A stretch of DNA of 64,000 bases from Chloroflexota bacterium (GTDB lineage: Bacteria; Chloroflexota; Anaerolineae; SpSt-313). The position numbers and the translations under genes are program-made. The notes under the pieces are model-generated. The model was not told the origin of the DNA and did no database searches. It saw only the letters and a program-made list of their open reading frames with translations. Each line of letters opens with the position of its first letter. The first letter of the stretch is position 1. Positions 27,330 to 35,462 of the stretch are shown piece after piece. The stretch is from contig JAKPJZ010000034.1 of assembly GCA_029553955.1 (NCBI GenBank), positions 30,692-94,691 of the forward strand, read 5' to 3'.

Positions 27330-27447
27330 GGAGTGCCCCTGTGTCGCCTGCGGACCTTCCGCGGCGCCATGATGATTATATCATGATCTTGCGCAGAGTG
27401 CAATATTAAAACGTCACCCATTTCCGATACATTCAAAACCTTCGTTC

Positions 27448-27502
27448 GTAGAGTCGGAGAGTGGGGGCGGCAGGACACACCGCCCCCACTCTCCGACTCT
27501 AC
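27448..27502. repeat. Perfect palindrome (GTAGAGTCGGAGAGTGGGGGCGG-caggacaca-CCGCCCCCACTCTCCGACTCTAC)
   Basis: Direct reading. Confidence 0.9.
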
Positions 27503-27524
27503 AAGCACGCTTCATGACAGCTAC

Positions 27525-27553
27525 TTGCGATAGCGTGAGGCAGCGCGTATAAT
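27525..27553 (+). promoter_or_regulatory. Candidate sigma-70 promoter (TTGCGA-N17-TATAAT)
   Basis: A perfect -10 in GC-rich context, about 100 nt upstream of the 27651 CDS. Confidence 0.45.
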
Positions 27554-27650
27554 AGCGCGCGAGGAGGGAAGGGCACTCGCGCCCGAGCCGGCCGGCGCGG
27601 CAGCCGGCGCGCCAGGCGGGGTATCGTCACAGCAGCGCCTCGACGGTATC

Positions 27651-28325
27651 ATGAGCGCCCGCACGAGCGTGGAGATACTGATCGTCACCAGTTCCGCCGA
27701 GGCTGCCCGACGCTTGCAGGCCTCCCTTGAGCGCCACGGACACCGTGTGCGGGCTACCGCTGGCGTGGCCGAGGCCTTGCCGCTCCTCGAAGCCCAACGG
27801 GTGGATTGGCTCGTTGTCGAGTGCCGGCTCCTGGAGGCCAACGGCGCGGCCCTCTTCCATCTCCTCGGCCGCCGCCCGCACCCCCCCATGATCCTTCCAC
27901 TGGTGATGCCTGTCGCATCAGGCGCCTCCGCTGCGTTGGTGCCCGATGGCGACGGTCTGGAGGCAGCGTTGGCCCAGGCACAGACCTTGCTGGGCCAACG
28001 CGACGCGACGACGCTGCGCATCGGCGACCTGGCCATCGACCTGGTGACCAAACGGGTGACCCTGCATGGCCGGCACGTGGCCCTGCCGCCGATCCAGTTC
28101 CGCCTGCTGCTCTACCTGACGCAGAATGCCGGCCGTGTGGTGGGGGCGCAGGAGCTCTTGAAGGCGGTGTGGGGCTACGAGGGTGAAGAGAACGAGGCCC
28201 GCGAGCTCGTCAAGGTCCATGTGCGGCAGATCCGGCGCCGGCTCGGGCTCGAGGCGCAGCATGCCGACTATGTGCAATCGGTGCGCGGCTTTGGCTACCT
28301 CGTCACGCCGCCGGAGGGCACATAG
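27651..28325 (+). CDS. OmpR-type winged-helix regulator with degenerate (pseudo-)receiver domain
   Basis: The C-terminus is canonical (LRIGDLAIDL...LPPIQFRLLLYL...VHVRQIRRRL...VRGFGYLV). The receiver has TSS where DD is expected (ILIVTSS) and Glu at the phospho-acceptor position (DWLVVECRL, residue 57). Confidence 0.8.
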   Translation: MSARTSVEILIVTSSAEAARRLQASLERHGHRVRATAGVAEALPLLEAQRVDWLVVECRLLEANGAALFHLLGRRPHPPMILPLVMPVASGASAALVPDGDGLEAALAQAQTLLGQRDATTLRIGDLAIDLVTKRVTLHGRHVALPPIQFRLLLYLTQNAGRVVGAQELLKAVWGYEGEENEARELVKVHVRQIRRRLGLEAQHADYVQSVRGFGYLVTPPEGT

Positions 28326-28443
28326 CGTATGGCTGATGGCGCATGGCCGATGGCAGCGGAGTGGGGCCATACGCCATCAGCCGTAGGCCGCAGCGCTTCA
28401 CCGAATCTTCACCGTGTCTTTACTGGATCATCACTGCATGGGC

Positions 28444-28472
28444 CTGGTATATGCAGCGATTCGTGATATAAT
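28444..28472 (+). promoter_or_regulatory. Candidate extended -10 promoter (TGATATAAT)
   Basis: TG-n-TATAAT at 28464-28472. The -35 is weak. Located about 170 nt upstream of ATG 28642. Confidence 0.4.
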
Positions 28473-28641
28473 GCGCCATGAGGTCCACGACGGAGCGCCG
28501 TCGCGCGAGCCCCGGCCAGTGTGCCGGGGCGTTGTCTTGTGGGGCGGGTGCCGACCGCTGTGGCCTCGGCGCTGCACCGCAGCAGGGGCGTCTGTCGTGA
28601 TGGGCGTCGTACCTCTGCGGTGGTCTGCTGGGAGGCACGGT

Positions 28642-28938
28642 ATGGAGAAGGAGGGCCCGCTGCCCGGCGACGTGCAGGGCATGGAGATTCGCTGCCCAGA
28701 CGGCCCCGTGGGCCGCGTGGCCGACGTGTTGGTAGACCCGTTGACCGAACGCCCACGCTACCTGATCTGGCGCGAAGCGGTGGTAGTGACGCGGGAAGTG
28801 AGCATCCCGGTCGACTATATCGAGCGCATTGAAGAGAACGGCATCGTGCTGCGCGTCGGGCGCGCAGCAATCGAGCGCTTGCCACGTTTCTGGATGGCCG
28901 ATTCAGAAGGAAAGGAGAACGATGCAGCGGGAACTTGA
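28642..28938 (+). CDS. PRC-barrel domain protein (98 aa)
   Basis: ATG 28642 follows GGAGG. GMEIRCPDGPVGRVADVLVDPLTERPRYLIW...VSIPVDYIERIEENGIVL is a PRC-barrel-like pattern. The end overlaps the kamA start by 17 nt. Confidence 0.65.
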   Translation: MEKEGPLPGDVQGMEIRCPDGPVGRVADVLVDPLTERPRYLIWREAVVVTREVSIPVDYIERIEENGIVLRVGRAAIERLPRFWMADSEGKENDAAGT

Positions 28939-30259
28939 AGAACCTCCGGGCGATAAGCCTCCCCAACTCAGCTCTCGGAGGGCTGCGGTTTGGGAGGCTG
29001 TCCCGGACGCCCTGTGGAACGATTGGCACTGGCAGATGCGCCATCGCCTGACCGGCGTGGCGGATCTCAAGCGAGTGCTGACGCTCACTGGCGAAGAGGA
29101 AGATGGTGTAGCCCAGACGCTGCAACACCTGCGGATGGCGATCACCCCATACTTTGCCTCTCTGCTGGACCCGCACAACCCGAACTGCCCGCTGCGGCGC
29201 CAGGTGGTGCCGACTACCCAGGAGCTCGTGGTGAGCCAGGCCGACATGGCTGACCCACTGAGCGAAGACCATCATTCGCCCGTGCCGGGGCTGGTGCATC
29301 GCTACCCCGACCGGGTGCTGGTGCTGGTCACCGACCAGTGCGCGGCCTACTGCCGGCACTGCACACGGCGGCGCCTGGTGGGGGCCAAGCAGCAGGTAAT
29401 GGGGCTCGAGCAGATGGACCGCGTGGTGCGCTACGTGGCCGAGCACACCGAGGTGCGCGACGTCCTGATGTCGGGCGGCGATCCGTTGATCATGAGCGAC
29501 CGGCACATCGAGTATCTGCTGGCGCGCCTGCGGGCGATCCCCCACGTGGAGATCATCCGCCTGGGCAGCCGCGTGCCGGTGTACCTGCCGCAACGGATCA
29601 CGCCCGAGCTGGTGGCGATGCTGCGGCGCTACCATCCGCTGTACATCAATATCCACTTCAACCATCCGGCCGAAGTGACGCCCGAGGTGAAGCAAGCCTG
29701 CGGGCGCCTGGCCGATGCGGGCATCCCGCTGGGCAGCCAGACGGTGCTGCTGCGCGGCATCAACGACTGCCCGCACATCATCAAGCGGCTGCTGCAACTG
29801 ATGTTGATGATCCGTGTGCGGCCGTACTACCTGTACCAGTGCGATCTGTCGCAGGGCATCGAGCACTTTCGCACGTCGGTGGCCAAGGGCATCGAGATTA
29901 TCGAGAACCTGCGCGGCCACACGTCGGGGCTGGCGGTGCCGCAGTTCGTCATTGACGCGCCCGGCGGCGGCGGCAAAGTGCCCATCCTGCCGCAGTATCT
30001 GATCTCGATGTCTGACGGCAAGGCGATCGTGCGCAACTTTGAAGGCAAGATCTGCGCCTATAGCCAGCCGGAGGGCTATCGCAGCCAGTGCCAGGAGAAC
30101 TGCGCTTGCTGCCAGGATGCGGAGCGCTGCGCACCCCAGGGCGTGGCCGGCCTGCTACAGGGCAACGCGGCGGTGCTGGGTGGCGAGCAGCGGCCGGCAG
30201 AGGCTGCCGTTCCGGTGCACATCTGCCCGGCGATGCTGCACGACGCAGCCTTGCAGTAG
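28922..30259 (+). CDS. kamA: Lysine 2,3-aminomutase family radical SAM enzyme
   Basis: CAAYCRHCTRRR is the CxxxCxxC motif. Also MSGGDPLIMSD and RVRPYYLYQCDL. ATG 28922 follows AAGGAGAA and is in frame with track ORF 28829..30259. Confidence 0.88.
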   Translation: MQRELEEPPGDKPPQLSSRRAAVWEAVPDALWNDWHWQMRHRLTGVADLKRVLTLTGEEEDGVAQTLQHLRMAITPYFASLLDPHNPNCPLRRQVVPTTQELVVSQADMADPLSEDHHSPVPGLVHRYPDRVLVLVTDQCAAYCRHCTRRRLVGAKQQVMGLEQMDRVVRYVAEHTEVRDVLMSGGDPLIMSDRHIEYLLARLRAIPHVEIIRLGSRVPVYLPQRITPELVAMLRRYHPLYINIHFNHPAEVTPEVKQACGRLADAGIPLGSQTVLLRGINDCPHIIKRLLQLMLMIRVRPYYLYQCDLSQGIEHFRTSVAKGIEIIENLRGHTSGLAVPQFVIDAPGGGGKVPILPQYLISMSDGKAIVRNFEGKICAYSQPEGYRSQCQENCACCQDAERCAPQGVAGLLQGNAAVLGGEQRPAEAAVPVHICPAMLHDAALQ

Positions 30260-30422
30260 CGCTCGTGGGGCGGGCTTTCCAGCCCGCCCAAACCCCCTTC
30301 TGGCCCAGAGCCGGGCGAGAGCGAAGCTGACACTCGGCCATTGCCAGGATGCTGAAACGGGTGAGACTGCTCTCCGCAAGCCTGCTCCACAGGCCATCGC
30401 TCGCCGCGTGGAACGGAGTACG

Positions 30423-31340
30423 ATGTCTGACCTGTCTCTGCGGCGCGGCCGTGCGCCGGCTGTCGCTGGCCTGCTGCTGACCGTCCTCATCTGGGGCACG
30501 ACCTTTGTGGCCACCAAGGTCGTGCTGCGCGAGGTGCCCCCCTTGACGCTCACGCTGTGGCGCTTCCTGTTGGCCACAGCGGCGCTCCTGCCCCTGGCCT
30601 GGGCCGAGCGGCGCCGGGCCGGGGGCAAGCTGCCCTGGCGGGGGTTACTCGCCGCGGGCCTCGTCGGCGGCTGCCTCTACTATGGGCTGCAGAACCTGGG
30701 CATGGTCTACACCACGGCCTCCAAGGCCTCGCTGATCCTGGCGACGATCCCGGCGCTCACCGCGGCGCTGTCGGCCCTGACGCTGCACGAGCGCATCGGC
30801 GCGGCGCGGGCGCTGGGCGTCGGCCTGTCGGTCTGCGGTGTGGTAGCCATTGTTGCGGCCGACCGGGCGGCCACCTGGCAGAGCGGGCAACTCAGCGGTG
30901 ACCTGCTGATCGTGGCCTCGGCGCTGGCCTGGGCGGGCTACACCGTGTTGGGCAAGGGGCTGCAGCGTCGGGTGACGCCGGCGGTGCTCTCGGCGGCCAC
31001 GGTGGGCCTGGGCGCCATCATGTTGCTGCCCTTCGCCGGCTATGAGGCGCTGCGGCAGCCGCTGCGGGTGCCTTCGCCCGCGGGCTGGCTGGCTATCGCC
31101 TACCTGGGGCTCATCGCCTCCACTGTGCCCTTCCTGCTCTGGAACCGGGCCCTGCGCTCGCTCGACGCCAGCGAGGCGGCTGTCTATACTAACCTGGTGC
31201 CCTTTGTGGCCGTCGTCAGCGCCATGCTCCTGCTGGGCGAGACGCTGGCCCCACTGCAGCTCGTGGGCGGTGTGCTCGTCGTGGCCGGCGTCTGGGCGGC
31301 GAGCGTCAACGCGCTTCCGGGGGCCGGCCGGCGGCGGTAA
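30423..31340 (+). CDS. DMT-superfamily (EamA-type) transporter
   Basis: ATG 30423 (MSDLSLRRGRAPAVAGLLLTVLIWGTTFVATKVVL...), with ten hydrophobic helices in two EamA-like halves. Confidence 0.8.
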   Translation: MSDLSLRRGRAPAVAGLLLTVLIWGTTFVATKVVLREVPPLTLTLWRFLLATAALLPLAWAERRRAGGKLPWRGLLAAGLVGGCLYYGLQNLGMVYTTASKASLILATIPALTAALSALTLHERIGAARALGVGLSVCGVVAIVAADRAATWQSGQLSGDLLIVASALAWAGYTVLGKGLQRRVTPAVLSAATVGLGAIMLLPFAGYEALRQPLRVPSPAGWLAIAYLGLIASTVPFLLWNRALRSLDASEAAVYTNLVPFVAVVSAMLLLGETLAPLQLVGGVLVVAGVWAASVNALPGAGRRR

Positions 31341-32679
31341 GGCGCTGCCACATATCGTGCTCCAGCTCGCGCGCGCGCGCGATATCGGCCGCCATGGCGA
31401 GGTAGCCGAAGCGCTTCTCGGCGAGCGACGTGATGATGGTCGGCAGGATGCCCTCCTTGTGCGCGGCTGCGGGGAAGCGGATGCCCTCCAGCAGGCCCTG
31501 CAGCTCCCCGTAGGTGAGCGGCGCGCCCGCCAGGTGCAGCGCGTTGTTGCAGATGACGGCGCAGCGCTGCCAGTAACGAGGGCCGAAGAGCGCCTCGGCA
31601 GCCTCGTGGGCATGCGTGCCTCCCGTGCGGCGTGTGTTGATCTCTACGGCGTACATGGCGCCATCGCGGCCGGCCACCAGGTCCATGTCAAAGATGCCCA
31701 CATAGCCCCGGCGGCGCACCTCGCGTGCCACCTCCAGGCCCGCCTCCTCCAGCATCCGCTCCAGCTCGGGCGCCAGCAGCTCGCGGTACATCTCGACGCC
31801 ATGAAAGTAGCCGGTGGGGCTCAGGATCTGGCCGCAGAGGTACATGAACTCGACCTCCTGCGCCGGGTCGGCCGGCACGCGCATCTCGAGCGACGGCGAG
31901 CCGCCGCCGAGGCGCGGGTCCATCTCGATGAGCTCCTCGACGACGATCACGTCGGCGGTCATCTGCGAGTCGGTCTCCAGGCTGGCCCGCAGCGCTCCCT
32001 CGATCTGCCGCTCGCTGCCGGGCATGTCGCCGGGGCGCAGCATGCGGATGCCCACACCGCTCTGGCTATAGTTGGGCTTGCACAGGCAGCCGCGCCCGGC
32101 GCCCAAGAAGCGCGCGGCGGCACGGGCGGCCTCGGCGGGCCCGGCGGCGACGAGGCCCTCGGGCAGGCGCACGCCCGGCACCCGATCTTGAATGGCGGCA
32201 AAGAACTCGCGAAAGCCGGCCTTGCCGTCGAGATAGTCGCGCACGGCGAGGCGCGCGGCTGGCGGGCATTCGGGCGTGGTTACGGCGATGCCGGCCGCAC
32301 GCAGCGCCGCGGCCACCTCGTGCACCTGCGGCGCGGCCATCGAGGCGATGAGGCGCACCGGGCCCGTGCCCTGCAGGTGCGCCACGATGGCGGCCCACAA
32401 CTCGTGGTCGTGTAGGACGTCCTCGAACAGGCTCGTGGAGGGCTGGCGTGGCGCCAGGTTCACGAGCCGCTTGTAGCCCAGGGCCTGTTGCACGTAGGCC
32501 ACGTACTCGAGTGGCAAGGGCAGTGAGGTCACGACGACCTTGTCATCCTGGCCCCAGAACAGGGCGCGGTCGGCGAGGTAGTAGCAGTCGCGCAGCTCAT
32601 AGTCGCGGAGCGCCGGGTCCTCGATGCTGGCGACGTTGTCGCGATACATGTCGACGATGCTGGCGATGATCAGTTCCAT
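31306..32679 (-). CDS. ATP-grasp ligase (PGM1-like peptide ligase type)
   Basis: GCLCKPNYSQSGVGIRML, VIVVEELIE and GIFDMDLVAGRDGAMYAVEINTRRTGGTH are typical ATP-grasp segments. The 3' end overlaps the EamA gene by 35 nt, convergently. Confidence 0.65.
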   Translation of the reverse strand: MELIIASIVDMYRDNVASIEDPALRDYELRDCYYLADRALFWGQDDKVVVTSLPLPLEYVAYVQQALGYKRLVNLAPRQPSTSLFEDVLHDHELWAAIVAHLQGTGPVRLIASMAAPQVHEVAAALRAAGIAVTTPECPPAARLAVRDYLDGKAGFREFFAAIQDRVPGVRLPEGLVAAGPAEAARAAARFLGAGRGCLCKPNYSQSGVGIRMLRPGDMPGSERQIEGALRASLETDSQMTADVIVVEELIEMDPRLGGGSPSLEMRVPADPAQEVEFMYLCGQILSPTGYFHGVEMYRELLAPELERMLEEAGLEVAREVRRRGYVGIFDMDLVAGRDGAMYAVEINTRRTGGTHAHEAAEALFGPRYWQRCAVICNNALHLAGAPLTYGELQGLLEGIRFPAAAHKEGILPTIITSLAEKRFGYLAMAADIARARELEHDMWQRLTAAGRPPEAR

Positions 32680-32849
32680 CGCAGTAGTCTGTCATCCTCC
32701 TCACGAGAGTTGCGCAATAGTAGCATGATTGGGGCAATCCGGCAACCCCCGTTGTTGCCGGACAGGGCCCGGTACGACAGCCGCACTTGTCGCCAGGGCA
32801 CGCCATCCGGGCAAAAGGCTTCGCACGGCACCGGAACAGACCCTCTATA

Positions 32850-33055
32850 GGGTTTTTCTGGAGCATTGGCCGGAGCGTGGCCGCCCGCGGGCGGCCACGC
32901 TCCGGCCAATGCTCCAGAAAAACCCCTCCTGGCTGGAGCCGGGCTCACGAGGACATGAGCCTATGCCGGCTTGTCCGCGCCCAGGGGGCGACAGCGAAGC
33001 GGGGGAGCCGGCTGTAACCGGGAGCCCGGGCGCCAAGTACGGTTGCAGTATTAGG
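32850..33055. repeat. Composite intergenic element: palindrome (32850-32925, apex GGCCGCCCGCGGGCGGCC), three-helix tail (32928-32985) and CAAGTACGGTTGCAGTATTAGG end motif (33034-33055)
   Basis: The same architecture occurs at 36437-36619 and, inverted, at 60242-60409. The end motif overlaps the hypB stop codon. Confidence 0.85.
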
Positions 33056-33716
33056 CTGTGCCCCGCACGCGGCCGAGCAATGCCTTGAGCCAGGCAGCCC
33101 AGGCGGCCATGCCCTCGCCTGTGGCGCAAGAGAGCTCAAAGAACGCCGCCGTGGGGTTGATGCCGGCGATCAGGCGGCGGAAGGCGGCGCGGTCAAAGGG
33201 CACGTAGGGGGCCAGGTCGGTCTTGTTGAGCACGACGGCGTCGACGGCGGCAAAGATGCCGGGGTACTTGTAGGGCTTGTCGTCGCCCTCGGGCACGCTG
33301 GAGACGAGCACGCGCGCCGCCTCGCCCAGGCCGAACTCGACGGGGCAGATGAGGTTGCCCACGTTCTCGACAAAGAGCAGGTCGATCTCGCCCAGGGGCA
33401 GTTGCTCGAGCGCGGCGCGCACCATCGGGGCATCGAGGTGGCAAGTGCCGCCGGTGTTGATCTGCACCACCGGCGCGCCGGCCGCGGCTACCTTGTCGGC
33501 ATCGACGCGCGAGGCGATGTCGCCCTCGATCACGCCGACACGCAGGCCCTCGCCCGCGGCCTCGATGGTGCGCAGGATCAGGCTCGTTTTGCCTGCGCCC
33601 GGCGAGGCCATGATGTTCACCGCGCAGACGCGGTGCATCTCGAGCAGGCGGCGGTTCTCCTCGGCGATGCGCTCGTTGGCGCTCAGAATGTCGCGCACGA
33701 TCGGCACTTGGACCAT
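33051..33716 (-). CDS. hypB: Hydrogenase/urease-type nickel-insertion GTPase HypB
   Basis: SPGAGKTSLI is the P-loop, with ENVGNLICP and LNKTDL (NKxD). Overall the protein reads HypB-like. Confidence 0.85.
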   Translation of the reverse strand: MVQVPIVRDILSANERIAEENRRLLEMHRVCAVNIMASPGAGKTSLILRTIEAAGEGLRVGVIEGDIASRVDADKVAAAGAPVVQINTGGTCHLDAPMVRAALEQLPLGEIDLLFVENVGNLICPVEFGLGEAARVLVSSVPEGDDKPYKYPGIFAAVDAVVLNKTDLAPYVPFDRAAFRRLIAGINPTAAFFELSCATGEGMAAWAAWLKALLGRVRGTA

Positions 33717-34016
33717 GGCAGCCTTCTTTCATGAAACCATGGCCACCATTATAGCGTTCCGAGAGCGGACCGCAAGAGCGCCGCGCCGGAGCGGGTGTAT
33801 GCCAAGATCGTCGGTAACCGACGGGAGCCGATCACCACGAAGGGCACAAAGGGGGCAAGGGGAGCACCCAAAGCCCTTTGGTGGCCTTTGTGGTTCAAGA
33901 GCTCCCGACTGTCTTGGGATATGCCCCGCGCGCATGGCAACGGGCCATTTCCTCTACTACATAGTAGCCGGACGCGTTGGTGCGTTCGCAGCCATCACTC
34001 ACTCGGGAGGGTCATC

Positions 34017-34247
34017 ATGGCACGCAGAAGGGGTTTCCATCTTTCGCCGCCGCGCAAGGTTACGCTCATCATTGCCGCCGTTCTGTGGGCTGTGGGGCTG
34101 GCGTTCTACATTCCGGGCGCGGCGCCGGCGGTGGCGAGTATCGCCGCTGCCATTCCGGTGCTCGGCGCGCTGCCGAACCTGGGGGCGTGGCTGCTTGCGG
34201 CTGCCGGGGCGCTGCTGATGATCGGCGTCACGGTGGACGGCATCTGA
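34017..34247 (+). CDS. Small membrane protein (76 aa)
   Basis: ATG 34017 follows GGGAGG. Two TM helices (VTLIIAAVLWAVGLAFYI; LGAWLLAAAGALLMIGV). Confidence 0.4.
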   Translation: MARRRGFHLSPPRKVTLIIAAVLWAVGLAFYIPGAAPAVASIAAAIPVLGALPNLGAWLLAAAGALLMIGVTVDGI

Positions 34248-34740
34248 GCCAGGCGGGGGCTGGGGGGCGGGGTGCCATGTGCATCGCGCCCCTTCTTTGT
34301 GTGAGGCGGCGGGGTGACCCCCACCGTCCCCCCCTCACGGGGGGATGGGTTGGTTGTGGCCGCGGGCGTGGCGGGGAGACCATTGCTGGTCCTGGAGGAA
34401 CCCATGAGCCAACCCCGTGCCATCCGCGTCTCTGTCTCTTCGACCTTCCGCATGCAAGACAGCCCGGATGCGGCGCTGGCCTGCTATGAGGCGCACTGTT
34501 CGGAGTCCCGAAGTTGTTCGGGTTTGTCGCAGAGGGGCATGCCGTGCGATAGTTGGCCCCACGTCGGGTCCCCAACAAGTTGGGGCTCCGGGAGCGTGGT
34601 GGCATGGCCCCAAGTTGGGGCTCCGGGAGCGTGCACCTGCCGGCCTCTTGTGGCGTCCTCGCGTTCCGGCTATACTACGGGCCACGACGTGGCTGCTGCG
34701 GATGTTCGCGCAGCATTGGGTTCCATCCAGGGGGTAGCCC

Positions 34741-35286
34741 ATGAGTGACCTTCACCAGCACTATGTCTGTACCCGCGAGGAGGCGCGTGAGATCTTGGCG
34801 CGCCATGACCGCTTCTGGGTCTCGGACTGTGGCTGCCGCGCGGGGCGCGGTGGCTGCGCGCGCTCGCGGCTGGATCTCTGCCTGGCCTTGGTGCCGGGTG
34901 AGACCTCGTCGCCCGCGGCCGAGCGCGAGGTGACGCGCGCCGCGGTGGAGGAGATCCTTCACGAGGCGGAGGAGAAGCACCTCGTGGTGCGCCCCTTCCG
35001 CGACGAGGCGCGCACGCAGACGGTGGGCCTGTGCTTCTGTTGCGACGATTGCTGCGCCTACTCTCTGCGCTCGCAAGAGATCCAGTGCGACCAGGGGGCC
35101 TCGGTGGAGCGCACCGAGCGCAGCGCCTGTAGCGACTGCGGCGATTGCGTGGCCGTCTGCCACTCTGGCGCGCGCCGGCTGGAGGGTAGCGCGCTGGTGC
35201 TGGACACGGCGGCCTGCTATGGCTGCGGCCTCTGCGCCGACGTTTGCCCGAGCGGCTGCATCACCATGGTGAAGCGAGAGCCCTGA
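34741..35286 (+). CDS. Cys-rich 4Fe-4S ferredoxin-domain protein
   Basis: CSDCGDCVAVC and CYGCGLCADVCP are ferredoxin motifs. Extra Cys clusters DCGCRAGRGGC and CFCCDDCC are present. Confidence 0.75.
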   Translation: MSDLHQHYVCTREEAREILARHDRFWVSDCGCRAGRGGCARSRLDLCLALVPGETSSPAAEREVTRAAVEEILHEAEEKHLVVRPFRDEARTQTVGLCFCCDDCCAYSLRSQEIQCDQGASVERTERSACSDCGDCVAVCHSGARRLEGSALVLDTAACYGCGLCADVCPSGCITMVKREP

Positions 35287-35366
35287 ACGCCGCCCGTGTC
35301 GCTTGCCCGACGGGGCGCGTCATCCGGGCATTTCGCTTCGCTCATGACCGGAATGGAACCCTGTAT

Positions 35367-35422
35367 GGGGAGATCTCGGTGGGTTGGCCGCCCACGAGCG
35401 GCCAACCCACCGAGATCTCCCC
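35367..35422. repeat. Palindrome GGGGAGATCTCGGTGGGTTGGCCG-cccacgag-CGGCCAACCCACCGAGATCTCCCC
   Basis: Direct reading. Confidence 0.9.
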
Positions 35423-35462
35423 TTCCCAGGGGAGGCTTCTTGGGCCGCCCCACACCCGCGAT

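Noticed and set aside
28473-28641. Lysine (L-box) riboswitch call
   Set aside because: The location is attractive, but I could not recognise the L-box conserved core by eye. It is kept only as an unclassified structured leader in the findings.
28409-29920. 503-aa minus-strand ORF
   Set aside because: Antisense to kamA, which carries the clear CxxxCxxC radical SAM motif.
34314-34748. 144-aa plus-strand ORF upstream of the ferredoxin-like gene
   Set aside because: It is composed largely of repeat-element translations (two array-unit copies at 34563-34640 and a CCCCC..GGGGGG palindrome), with no ribosome-binding site context.
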